Assembly (NCBI GenBank): GCA_018819405.1
Contig: JAHJQF010000001.1
Coordinates: 577,377 to 641,376, forward strand
Direction: 5' to 3'
From: Patescibacteria group bacterium
GTDB taxonomy: Bacteria > Patescibacteriota > Patescibacteriia > UBA1558 > GWA2-36-10
DNA: 64,000 nucleotides
The notes under the pieces are model-generated. The model searched no databases, was not told where the DNA came from, and worked only from the letters and a program-made list of their open reading frames with translations. The position numbers and the translations under genes are program-made. Positions 9,778 to 19,178 of the stretch are shown here, piece after piece. Each line of letters opens with the position of its first letter. The stretch's first letter is position 1.

Positions 9778-10221
9778 ATGATAGAAAATTTAGAAAAGTC
9801 ACTAAATGAGCTAGATGGCTCTATGGACGCTAGTGATCCCAATGATTCTCTTGTTAAAAAGGTAGAAGATATTAGGAAAAAGAGGTTAAAAGATTTAAGT
9901 GTGGATGATTTGGCATTATTGTTAAGGCAGCAGATTAGTTTAGGTTTTGTGGTACCGTTATCTTTAAGCAAATTAAATGAGAATATACTCATTGAGACTG
10001 AAGACACCGGATTTCGTCTACTATCAACTTTATTAAAAGTTGAAAAGGATTTTTGGTCTAGCAATGATGAGTTATATAATCAAACTGCAGATTTAATAAA
10101 TAGTAAGATGGATGAAATTATAAATCCAAAAATGGATAATCCAGTAGAATTAGATAGCTATATATCTGATGAGCTACCAGAGATTTTGAAACTATATCAG
10201 AGTTTTAAAGATTTAATATAA
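9778..10221 (+). CDS. cdiI: CdiI-like immunity protein (type paired with Ntox28 toxins)
   Basis: Starts 1 nt after the toxin stop; IRKKRLKDLSVDDLALLLRQQISLGFVVPL...LLSTLLKVEKDFW resembles this immunity family. Confidence 0.8.
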   Translation: MIENLEKSLNELDGSMDASDPNDSLVKKVEDIRKKRLKDLSVDDLALLLRQQISLGFVVPLSLSKLNENILIETEDTGFRLLSTLLKVEKDFWSSNDELYNQTADLINSKMDEIINPKMDNPVELDSYISDELPEILKLYQSFKDLI

Positions 10222-10224
10222 TTT

Positions 10225-10259
10225 ATTTCACTGGTGATTTTTTAAGCCACCGGTGAAAT
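10225..10259 (+). terminator. Hairpin after cdiI
   Basis: ATTTCACTGGTG ... CACCGGTGAAAT inverted repeat (11/12); no clear U-tract. Confidence 0.4.
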
Positions 10260-10266
10260 TACACTT

Positions 10267-11073
10267 ATGACAGAATTTTTATTAAAATGGCAAACTCTTA
10301 TTGGAGCTGCACTTGGTCCCTTTCTTTTGGGGCTCGGTGCTTGGCTTAAGGGCGTAATGAGTAAGAAAGAAGAGCGTAAGGAGCATCTACGGCGAATAGA
10401 AATTAGTATAACACGAAGTTTAGATGATACATATAAAACACGCCAAAAACTACAAGATTTTGTTTCTAGATTAAGAATTCTGGTTAATCAAATAAGAGCC
10501 ATAACAGATAAGCACCATTTTTCTCTTGAGACCACAAATTATCCAGCTATAAGAGATGTCTATCGTGACATAGAAGCACCAAATTTTAAGATAAAAAGTT
10601 ATTACTTACATAATAAACTTTTATGGACAGATTCTGGCATTAAAGAGACAAATGAGGCCGTAGCGGGTCTTAAAAATGATTTTGCAGATTTACTAAGAAA
10701 GAACGAACTACATATAGCTTTGATAAGGCAAAATCAAAATCTAAATTCGGATCAACAGAGAGAAGACTATGCCTATAATCTGCAGGGATTTGCTAATTCC
10801 ATAGATGAATTTATAAATAAATTTATAAAACACGGTATAGAAATCATGACGCAAGTCAAGATATATAATGACCATTTGCGTAAAAGGAGTGGAAAATGGT
10901 TTTTATGGAAATGTGAAGGAATTAATTTTAGATATTTTCGTAGTAAAGTTAAACAGAAAGAATTTTCCAGAAATCTTAATTCACTAGAGCGTATTGATAA
11001 GATCATAGAGAAAGAAGTTAAATCAGCTATACAAGACGCAGAAAACAGAGCTGCTGAATTATCACGGAAATAA
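10267..11073 (+). CDS. Hypothetical protein with N-terminal TM helix and helical body
   Basis: 268-aa ORF; WQTLIGAALGPFLL hydrophobic start. Confidence 0.65.
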   Translation: MTEFLLKWQTLIGAALGPFLLGLGAWLKGVMSKKEERKEHLRRIEISITRSLDDTYKTRQKLQDFVSRLRILVNQIRAITDKHHFSLETTNYPAIRDVYRDIEAPNFKIKSYYLHNKLLWTDSGIKETNEAVAGLKNDFADLLRKNELHIALIRQNQNLNSDQQREDYAYNLQGFANSIDEFINKFIKHGIEIMTQVKIYNDHLRKRSGKWFLWKCEGINFRYFRSKVKQKEFSRNLNSLERIDKIIEKEVKSAIQDAENRAAELSRK

Positions 11074-11321
11074 TAATATCAGGGTATAAATCACCCAATC
11101 CGTCAATTTAGTTCATTTCATTAATAAATAAACAAAATGCGACACTTTCTAAACCCTTTTTATACTGTCGCATTTGTCTCATTTTGCTGGAGCAGGTGAG
11201 CACCATAATGGTTCTATTATAATAAATAATGTAAGTGATCCAAATTTACCATATTCTCAAGATATTATAGTTCGCGATCAGAATATTGTTAGTGAAATTA
11301 ATAAGTATATAGTTAAATAAT

Positions 11322-11627
11322 ATGATAGATTTAAGATTTTATACAATTATAGTACGAAAGGATAAGGTTAATGACAAGTTTATGTTTTTATTTAATACTT
11401 TTAATGGGCCGAAAAATGAGGATGATTACTTTTATGTTTTTTATACTATGGCAGAAAGTATTTTGATGGAAATTAAAAAGGAATTAAAGGTTAAGGCAAA
11501 TTTGAAAGGGATAGATAACGATGGAAAATGGCAAGATTATGTTATAGTTGGTTCTATGCAAGGTATATTAGAAGGAAAGTGTGATTGGATTAAGATAGTT
11601 GATAATAAGGTGGAGTATATTGGATAA
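11322..11627 (+). CDS. Hypothetical protein, possible orphan immunity protein
   Basis: 101-aa ORF starting 1 nt after the stop of a short upstream frame, within the toxin island. Confidence 0.5.
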   Translation: MIDLRFYTIIVRKDKVNDKFMFLFNTFNGPKNEDDYFYVFYTMAESILMEIKKELKVKANLKGIDNDGKWQDYVIVGSMQGILEGKCDWIKIVDNKVEYIG

Positions 11628-11753
11628 AATAATCTCCGAGCCCTAGAAAAATCCTCAGAATTTGATCGCTGATAGTTGTGTATGCATGCTTTTTGCGGAG
11701 ACATTTTCCTGCTATTTGACTGGACAAAAAGAGGTAACAATTAAATAAATGTG

Positions 11754-11781
11754 ACCTCGGAGGTTAATTAACCTCCGAGGT
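11754..11781. repeat. Perfect 28-bp palindrome (REP-like)
   Basis: ACCTCGGAGGTTAA|TTAACCTCCGAGGT. Confidence 0.8.
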
Positions 11782-11855
11782 TGTTTCTTTTAAAAAATAA
11801 TCAAAAATGGTATAATACTTGTACAGGTGTATAATAAAATTAAATTTCTAACGGG

Positions 11856-12248
11856 ATGAAAACTAGCCATTCAATAGTCTTTTTTGTAATTATCCTCTTA
11901 GTAGGATTTTCTATATTTTTGTTTGTAGATCACAAAGAAAAAAACAAACCAGATATAGTCAGATATAAAGTGGGCTGTGATAGCGACAAGATAGAGGCTT
12001 CTATCTACGGACTTAGTGGTAATACCAGTCGTATTGGAGCAATGATAAAGACAAAAGAACAGCCTATTTCGCAAGAAAACAAAGACAAATTGAGCGACTT
12101 GGGTGTATTTTTGGATGAGGCTAGCTCTATTTTTGATTATGTCAGAGTAGAAATACCGACTGAAAAACTTTGTGATTTAGCTCAGCTGGATTTTGTCGTA
12201 TCAATTTTTAATCCAGAAACAAAAGAAGATACTAATTTGTTACAATAA
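11856..12248 (+). CDS. Hypothetical membrane-anchored protein
   Basis: N-terminal TM helix; 130 aa; start codon lies inside a TTTCTAACGGGATG repeat. Confidence 0.65.
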   Translation: MKTSHSIVFFVIILLVGFSIFLFVDHKEKNKPDIVRYKVGCDSDKIEASIYGLSGNTSRIGAMIKTKEQPISQENKDKLSDLGVFLDEASSIFDYVRVEIPTEKLCDLAQLDFVVSIFNPETKEDTNLLQ

Positions 12249-12249
12249 A

Positions 12250-13413
12250 ATGAAGCTTAGAAATCTCGAGCAAATAAGGACTTTAGAAGGAAAACGGGTT
12301 TTATTACGCCTAGACCTTAATGTCCCTCTCAAAGGTGATCAAGTAGACCCGTCTGGGGACTGGCGTTTGGATCGATCTTTGCCAACTATCAATTATCTTA
12401 TCAAACATAAGGCCAAGATAATTATCGTGGCTCATTTGGGTCGGCCAGATGGTCAAAGGCAAGAAAAATTTTCGCTTTTGCCAGTAGCCAAATCTTTATC
12501 CAAAAAGTTGGGGCAAAAAATAGAATTTTGGGCTGATGATTTTCGTGATTATGTAAAAGACAGTCAGTCTATGGAGTTTTCTCAGATAGCTATGCTGGAA
12601 AATATCCGTTTTGAGCCTCGGGAAAAGAAAAATTGCAAGCGCTTGGCCAAAGATCTGAGTAAATTGGCTGATATTTATGTCAATGATGCTTTTGGCAATT
12701 TACACAGGCAGGATTCTTCAATGCACGCTATTACTGAATATTTGCCAGCTTATGCCGGATTTTTGATCATAGACGAGATAAAACACCTTTCTCAGATACT
12801 GGACGCCAAAGATGGTGTGGTCATTATGTTTGGTGGCGCCAAGATTTCTACCAAGATAAAGCTTATCAAAAAACTATCAGTCAAAGCTGATAAAATACTC
12901 CTAGGTGGAGCGTTAGCCAATACAATGATCAAAGCTTCTGGATACAGTGTGGGCAAGTCTTTGGTGGATGACAAGTCACTAGCCAGCGCCAAGACACTTT
13001 TGAAAAATAATATCCACTTGCCCATTGATGTCAATGTCGCCACCAGCCTAAAAGTAAAAAAGTATCAAACCAAAACAATTGATAATATTCCCAAAAATGC
13101 CATGATTTTGGATATTGGTCCGGCTACAATCAAGGAATATGAAAGTATTTTAAAGTCAGCCAAACTGGTTGTTTGGAATGGACCTTTTGGATATTTTGAG
13201 AACAAAAATTTTGTACAGGGTTCTCGGGAGATTATGAAGTATCTGGCCAAACTGCCAGCCAAAGTCATTATCGGTGGTGGTGAGACAGTAGAACTGGCCA
13301 AAGAGCTTGGTTTTGACAAAAAATTTGATTTTATTTCTACGGGCGGTGGAGCAATGCTCACATACTTGGGGGGTAGTAAGATGCCGTCGTTAGATAGATT
13401 GAAAATAAGGTAA
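12250..13413 (+). CDS. pgk: Phosphoglycerate kinase
   Basis: RVLLRLDLNVP, AHLGRP, LENIRF, VNDAFG, DIGP, WNGPFG, ISTGGGA; ATG at 12250. Confidence 0.97.
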   Translation: MKLRNLEQIRTLEGKRVLLRLDLNVPLKGDQVDPSGDWRLDRSLPTINYLIKHKAKIIIVAHLGRPDGQRQEKFSLLPVAKSLSKKLGQKIEFWADDFRDYVKDSQSMEFSQIAMLENIRFEPREKKNCKRLAKDLSKLADIYVNDAFGNLHRQDSSMHAITEYLPAYAGFLIIDEIKHLSQILDAKDGVVIMFGGAKISTKIKLIKKLSVKADKILLGGALANTMIKASGYSVGKSLVDDKSLASAKTLLKNNIHLPIDVNVATSLKVKKYQTKTIDNIPKNAMILDIGPATIKEYESILKSAKLVVWNGPFGYFENKNFVQGSREIMKYLAKLPAKVIIGGGETVELAKELGFDKKFDFISTGGGAMLTYLGGSKMPSLDRLKIR

Positions 13414-13432
13414 TTCAATATTTAAAAAACAT

Positions 13433-14704
13433 ATGCCGGATAAAATAAAAAAAATTAGCGCTATAGAAATTCTTGATTCCCGCGGCAATCCAACTCTAGA
13501 GACTACAGTTGAATTATCAAGTGGTATATCAGCTACGGCGGCGGTGCCTTCGGGAGCATCGACTGGTCGCTTTGAAGCTCATGAGCTCCGAGATGGTGAC
13601 AAGGTAAGATACGGCGGCCAAGGAGTGCTCAAGGCAGTAAACAATGTAAATACCATTTTAAATAAAGAATTAACTGGTTTATTAGTCAATGAGCAAAGCA
13701 AACTAGATAGATTAATGATTGAGCTTGATGGCACCAAAAATAAAAGCAAGCTCGGCGCCAATGCTATATTATCAGTTTCTTTGGCTTTGGCTCATGCGGC
13801 GGCCAAGTTCAACAATGTCCAGCTTTATGAATATATTAGACAGATTTATAATCCGCGACTTAGATCTTATATTTTACCGACTCCAGTGGTCAATGTCATA
13901 AACGGTGGAGCTCATGCTTCTACCAATATCAATATTCAGGAGTTTTGGATAGTGCCCGTCAAGGCAGCGACTTTTGCCGAAAAATTGCGTCAAGCCAGTG
14001 AGATATTTCATAAACTAGGTACTTTATTGGACGGGATAGGTCTAGATACTGATTTGGGCAATGAAGGTGGCTATGCACCAAATGTCAACTCACACCGTCA
14101 GGTTTTTGAGCTTTTGATGCAGTCAATTGAGAGTAGTGGTTATCAGCCTGATAAAGATATACTTTTGGGTGTTGATGCTGGAGCTTCTGAGTTTTATGAT
14201 GACCAGCAAAAAAAATATATTTTGGACTTGGAGAAGGCCAAATTTAGTAGTGATGAGATGATAGATTTTTATCTGGATCTGATGGAAGTATATCCACTTC
14301 GTTTTTTGGAAGACCCACTTGATCAGGAGGACTGGTCATCTTGGGCGGATTTTACAGGCGATGGTTTTATCCAATCTCAAGATGTCTGTCTGATTGGTGA
14401 TGATTTGTTTGTGACCAACAAGGCTAGACTCAAAAAAGGTGTAGAAATGAAAGTGGCCAATACAATCCTAATCAAGCCAAATCAAATTGGCACCTTGACC
14501 GAGACATTGGACACTATCCGTTACGCACGAGAAAATAATTATAAACTAATAGTTTCTCATCGTAGTGGAGAAACTAGCGACACGACAATTGCCGATTTGG
14601 CAGTAGCTGTCAATTCCGATTATATCAAGACTGGTTCTACTGCCAGAGGTGAGAGGACAGCCAAATATAATAGATTATTAAATATAGAACAAAAAATTAA
14701 ATAA
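13433..14704 (+). CDS. eno: Enolase
   Basis: EILDSRGNPT, VPSGASTG, LGANAIL, SHRSGET, IKTG, RTAKYNRL. Confidence 0.98.
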   Translation: MPDKIKKISAIEILDSRGNPTLETTVELSSGISATAAVPSGASTGRFEAHELRDGDKVRYGGQGVLKAVNNVNTILNKELTGLLVNEQSKLDRLMIELDGTKNKSKLGANAILSVSLALAHAAAKFNNVQLYEYIRQIYNPRLRSYILPTPVVNVINGGAHASTNINIQEFWIVPVKAATFAEKLRQASEIFHKLGTLLDGIGLDTDLGNEGGYAPNVNSHRQVFELLMQSIESSGYQPDKDILLGVDAGASEFYDDQQKKYILDLEKAKFSSDEMIDFYLDLMEVYPLRFLEDPLDQEDWSSWADFTGDGFIQSQDVCLIGDDLFVTNKARLKKGVEMKVANTILIKPNQIGTLTETLDTIRYARENNYKLIVSHRSGETSDTTIADLAVAVNSDYIKTGSTARGERTAKYNRLLNIEQKIK

Positions 14705-14710
14705 TATTTT

Positions 14711-16270
14711 ATGTCTAATATACAAAAAAAAGCAAAGACCTTAGCCCTTGTTATTTTGGATGGTTGGGGTTTGTGGGGAGAAGAAAAGGGCAATGCTATA
14801 GCGCAAGCTGATACTCCGGTTATGGCAAAATTGTACAAAAAATATCCCAATATTCAGATTCAGGCTTCAGAAAAATATGTAGGCTTGCCTGACGGTCAAC
14901 CAGGAAATTCTGAGGCGGGGCACATGAATATTGGCGCGGGACGGGTGATAGAGCAGGATGCAGTGACAATATCACGCTCTATAAATAATGGTACTTTTTT
15001 TAAAAATCCAGCTTTTTTGCAAGCTGCTAGCCATGCGGAAAAACACAAATCAGATATACATCTGATAGGCCTACTTTCCAACGGCACCAGTCCTCATTCC
15101 CATGATGATCACATATTATCTCTCTTGAGTTTTTTTATTTCTAAGACAAAACAAAATATTTATTTACACCTTTTTACTGATGGTCGTGACAGTCCTCCTT
15201 ATTCGGCTCTCAAAATATTGGCTCAGTATAATACTGTATTCAACAGTGATCGGGTAAAAATTGCCTCAGTGATGGGTAGGTTTTATGCGATGGACAGAAA
15301 AAAAGCTTGGGATAGAACCCGTAAAGCTTATGAGGCTATAGTTATAGGTAAAGGATATAAAGCTAAGAGCGCTGTCGAAGCTGTCAATCAAGCCTACAAT
15401 AGAGGAGAGAGCGATGAATTTATATTGCCGACAGTTATTAGTAAAAATAAAAAACCTCTTGGGCCAATAAATGATAATGATAGCGTTGTATTTTTTAATC
15501 TGCGTTCTGATAGAGCTAGGCAGTTGACCAAAGCTTTTGTACAAAAAGACTTTGAAAAGAAAAACGGAGGCACTTTCAAGCGCCAAGTAGTGCCCAAAAA
15601 TCTTATTTTTGTAGCTTTGACCGACTTTGGTCCTGATTTGGGTGGGGTGCTCACTGCTTATCCAGGTATTGATATACCAGATACTTTGCCGATAGCTCTT
15701 AAAGATGTCAGACAACTTTATATAGCGGAAACAGAAAAATATGCTCATGTTACATATTTTATAAACGGTGGTTATGATCATCCTATAGCTGGAGAGGATA
15801 GGATTGATATTCCTTCCAAAGATGTGCTTTCTTATGATAAAAAGCCAGAAATGAGTACCAAGGAAATAACTGATAAAGTAATACAATGTCTAAAAAATGA
15901 TAAATATGATTTTTTCTGTATCAATTTTGCAGCGCCTGATATGGTTGGCCATACTGGCAATCTCAAAGCGGGTATCAAAGCAGTGGAGGCAGTAGATAAA
16001 CATTTGGGTAGAATAGTGGATGAATTTTTGAAATTCAGAGGGACAGTAATAGTTACGGCCGATCATGGAAATGTAGAGGAAATGATAAATTTAAAGACAC
16101 AGGAGATTGATACCGAACACTCCATAAATCCAGTCCCTTTTATAATTGTTTCAGATAAAAAATATAAATTGAAAAAAACCGGCCGTCTTTCCCATATTGC
16201 ACCGACTATTTTGGATATCATGGGGATAGATAAACCAATATTAATGAAAGACAATAGTTTAATAAAGTAA
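14711..16270 (+). CDS. gpmI: 2,3-bisphosphoglycerate-independent phosphoglycerate mutase, copy 1
   Basis: LVILDGWG, GNSEAGH, DGRD, AETEKYAHVTYF, PDMVGHTG, TADHGN. Confidence 0.96.
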   Translation: MSNIQKKAKTLALVILDGWGLWGEEKGNAIAQADTPVMAKLYKKYPNIQIQASEKYVGLPDGQPGNSEAGHMNIGAGRVIEQDAVTISRSINNGTFFKNPAFLQAASHAEKHKSDIHLIGLLSNGTSPHSHDDHILSLLSFFISKTKQNIYLHLFTDGRDSPPYSALKILAQYNTVFNSDRVKIASVMGRFYAMDRKKAWDRTRKAYEAIVIGKGYKAKSAVEAVNQAYNRGESDEFILPTVISKNKKPLGPINDNDSVVFFNLRSDRARQLTKAFVQKDFEKKNGGTFKRQVVPKNLIFVALTDFGPDLGGVLTAYPGIDIPDTLPIALKDVRQLYIAETEKYAHVTYFINGGYDHPIAGEDRIDIPSKDVLSYDKKPEMSTKEITDKVIQCLKNDKYDFFCINFAAPDMVGHTGNLKAGIKAVEAVDKHLGRIVDEFLKFRGTVIVTADHGNVEEMINLKTQEIDTEHSINPVPFIIVSDKKYKLKKTGRLSHIAPTILDIMGIDKPILMKDNSLIK

Positions 16271-16282
16271 ATTTCTAACGGG

Positions 16283-17860
16283 ATGAACAGACCAAAACCA
16301 GTGGTATTAATTATATTAGATGGATTCGGTATTGCTCCACCGTCTCGAGCCAATGCAATTTCTTTGGCCAAGACGCCCAATCTTGATAAATATTCTTCCA
16401 ATTATCCGGTCATGCCGGTGGCTGCTTCAGGTGAGGCAGTTGGTTTGTCTTGGGGAGAAATGGGCAATTCCCAAGTGGGTCATTTATCATTGGGTTCAGG
16501 TGTTATCCCATATCAAAATTTGCCTAGGATTTCCAAGTCAATTATTGATGGTGATTTTTTACAAAACGAAGCTTTTTTGAAAGTTTGTGATCATGTCAAA
16601 AAAAATAACAGCGCCCTTCATCTTATTGGTTTGCTTAGCTCTGGAGGTGTGCATAGCTATAATGAACACCTTTATGCTTTGATAGATTTGGCCAAAGAAC
16701 AAAAAGTAGAGCGGGTTTATGTGCATGCTTTTTTAGATGGTCGCGATACACCTTATAATAGTGCTTTAAATTTTGTTACTAAACTGGAAGAAAGATTAAA
16801 AAAAGTAGGTTTGGGGGCTATTGCTACACTTAGTGGTCGTTTTTGGGCAATGGATAGAGACAATCGTTGGGACAGGACGGAAAAAGCCTGGCGAGCCTTG
16901 GTAGACGGCGTGTCTGATGAAAAATTTGAAGATCCCCTAGTGGCTATAGAAAAATCCTATGAAAAAAAAGTTTATGATGAAGAGTTTGTTCCAGTGGTGA
17001 TTGTCGATGACATGGGCAAACCACGAGGCACCATCAAAGACAAGGATGGGGTAATATTTTTTAATTTTAGATCAGATCGTGCTAGACAACTGACCAAGGC
17101 TTTGGTTTTGCCTGGTTTTGAAAAATTCAAAAGAGACTATTTCAAAAATTTGATGATGATTACTATGGCTGAATATGAAAAAGATTTGCCGGTTTTGGTG
17201 GCTTTTCCTCCTTTGGTCATAGAGACGCCTTTAGCTAGAATTATTTCTGAAGCCGGATTGCGTCAGCTTCATATTGCCGAAACTGAAAAATATGCTCATG
17301 TTACTTATTTTTTTAATGGTGGTCAAGAAAAAATATATGAAGGCGAAGACAGAGTACTGGTGCCATCACCTCAGGTTACTTCGTATGACCAAAAACCAGC
17401 TATGAGTGCCAGAGATTTGACAGCCAAGGTTACTCAGGCCATCAAAGAAGGCACTTATGATTTTATAGTGCTCAATTATGCTAATCCTGATATGATTGGC
17501 CATACTGGCAATATCCAGGCTACTATTGAAGCTATAGAAATATTAGATCAGTTGATTGGGGAAGCAGTAGAAACTACTTTGTCGTATGAGGGTGTAGTTT
17601 TAATAACCTCTGATCATGGTAATGCCGAGAGTCTTTATGACCTGCAGACCGGTGAGATAAACAAAGAACATTCCAACAATCCGGTGCCTTTATTTATTAT
17701 TGGAAAAGATTTTGCTGGTAAGGCAGTTTTGTCCGGTGTAGCCGGTACTGATCTTAGTCATGTCACGCCAGTGGGAGTGTTGTCTGATGTAGCACCGACA
17801 ATACTCAAGATTATGGGACTCAAAAAACCGCCCGAAATGACGGGCAGCTCTTTGATATAA
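16283..17860 (+). CDS. gpmI: 2,3-bisphosphoglycerate-independent phosphoglycerate mutase, copy 2
   Basis: LIILDGFG, GNSQVGH, DGRD, AETEKYAHVTYF, PDMIGHTG, TSDHGN. Confidence 0.96.
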   Translation: MNRPKPVVLIILDGFGIAPPSRANAISLAKTPNLDKYSSNYPVMPVAASGEAVGLSWGEMGNSQVGHLSLGSGVIPYQNLPRISKSIIDGDFLQNEAFLKVCDHVKKNNSALHLIGLLSSGGVHSYNEHLYALIDLAKEQKVERVYVHAFLDGRDTPYNSALNFVTKLEERLKKVGLGAIATLSGRFWAMDRDNRWDRTEKAWRALVDGVSDEKFEDPLVAIEKSYEKKVYDEEFVPVVIVDDMGKPRGTIKDKDGVIFFNFRSDRARQLTKALVLPGFEKFKRDYFKNLMMITMAEYEKDLPVLVAFPPLVIETPLARIISEAGLRQLHIAETEKYAHVTYFFNGGQEKIYEGEDRVLVPSPQVTSYDQKPAMSARDLTAKVTQAIKEGTYDFIVLNYANPDMIGHTGNIQATIEAIEILDQLIGEAVETTLSYEGVVLITSDHGNAESLYDLQTGEINKEHSNNPVPLFIIGKDFAGKAVLSGVAGTDLSHVTPVGVLSDVAPTILKIMGLKKPPEMTGSSLI

Positions 17861-17864
17861 AATT

Positions 17865-18302
17865 TTACTTTGGCCAGGTATAGATTAACAACATTGTTAG
17901 TACAATGCCGATTATCATGCCAACTATTATTTCTGTGTTGGTATGACCAAAGCGTTCGTTGAGTACCGGAAATTTATATTTTTCTTTACTTGGCATTTTT
18001 TTGGTCATTTGATTGATTATCTGAGCTTGTTTGCCTAGCTTGCGTCTGATGCCAGCTGCATCCTTGACTATCACTATAGCCATTATCAGGGCAATGGCAA
18101 AACTGACTGAAGCCCAACCTTCAAAATACCCAATTACCAGAACCAGAGAGGTGGCTAGAGCTGTATGAGAAGATGGCATACCACCATAAGAAAATATTTT
18201 ACCCCAGCTAAAATTGCCTTGGAATCCATGGACAAGGAGCTTGATTATTTGATTTATACACAATACTAATAGGGGAATAATAAAGAATTTGAAATCAGCC
18301 AT
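17865..18302 (-). CDS. Divergent PAP2 family (DUF212) membrane protein
   Basis: GGMPSSH, DAAGIRR...GKQA, ERFGHT..E motifs. Confidence 0.9.
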   Translation of the reverse strand: MADFKFFIIPLLVLCINQIIKLLVHGFQGNFSWGKIFSYGGMPSSHTALATSLVLVIGYFEGWASVSFAIALIMAIVIVKDAAGIRRKLGKQAQIINQMTKKMPSKEKYKFPVLNERFGHTNTEIIVGMIIGIVLTMLLIYTWPK

Positions 18303-18395
18303 ATTGCTTTTTTAAAAATAATAATATAAAGTCATTATAACAGAAAATTTTGTTAAAATAAATGGTAAAATATATAATAATTAATTTTTAACGAG

Positions 18396-19178
18396 GTGAA
18401 TGTACTAGAAATTATATTTTTGGGCATTGTTCAGGGTATAACTGAATGGTTGCCTATATCCAGCTCCGGCCATTTAGTGCTGTTTGAAAAGTGGTTAAAT
18501 ATTGATGTTGATTTGTCTTTTGACATTTTTTTACACTTAGCTACTTTATTAGTCATTTTGTGGTTTTTTAGGAGTCAGATAAAAGAAGTTATTTTAGCTC
18601 CATTTGGCAAGGCAGAGTCCGACAAAAAAAGATGGTGGCTATATATTATGGTTAGTAGTTTTTTTACTGCTATATTAGGTTATATATTTTATGAACAAAT
18701 AGATACTTTTCGGACTGTTGATTCTGTCAGTGGTTGGCTACTGGTTACTTCAATGTTGCTATTAGCTACCAAATTTTCCAAAGGGGAAAAAGATTTGAAT
18801 ATTTGGCACGCTATTGCGCTAGGGCTTGCTCAGGGTTTTGCGGTACTTCCGGGCTTGTCTAGAAGTGGAGCAGTCATTGCTTTGGCTCTGACTATGAAGA
18901 TAAAAAAAGATCAGGCTTTTGAATACGGTTTTATAGTGGCTATTCCAGCTATACTAGGTTCATTTCTTTTAACTATCAAAGATATTTATGCTATGTTTTC
19001 GTCAGTGGGCTCTGAGGCGAGTATAGGTTTTAATTGGACATATCTAGCCGCTTTTTTAGTGACTATGGTGGTTAGTTATTTATCTCTTTCTTTATTAAAA
19101 GTTATTTTAAAACGTGATTATTTTTATTTATTTTTTATCTATACTTTAGTCTTAGCAGTTATTATTAAATTAAATTGA
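18396..19178 (+). CDS. uppP: Undecaprenyl-diphosphate phosphatase
   Basis: GIVQGITEWLPISSSGHL, LPGLSRSG. Confidence 0.95.
   Translation: MNVLEIIFLGIVQGITEWLPISSSGHLVLFEKWLNIDVDLSFDIFLHLATLLVILWFFRSQIKEVILAPFGKAESDKKRWWLYIMVSSFFTAILGYIFYEQIDTFRTVDSVSGWLLVTSMLLLATKFSKGEKDLNIWHAIALGLAQGFAVLPGLSRSGAVIALALTMKIKKDQAFEYGFIVAIPAILGSFLLTIKDIYAMFSSVGSEASIGFNWTYLAAFLVTMVVSYLSLSLLKVILKRDYFYLFFIYTLVLAVIIKLN

Noticed and set aside
10225-11175. Hairpins around island genes as integron attC sites
   Set aside because: No RYYYAAC/GTTRRRY ends and no integrase in the window.
15266-15886. 206-aa minus-strand ORF
   Set aside because: Antisense to the well-supported gpmI; no recognisable motifs.
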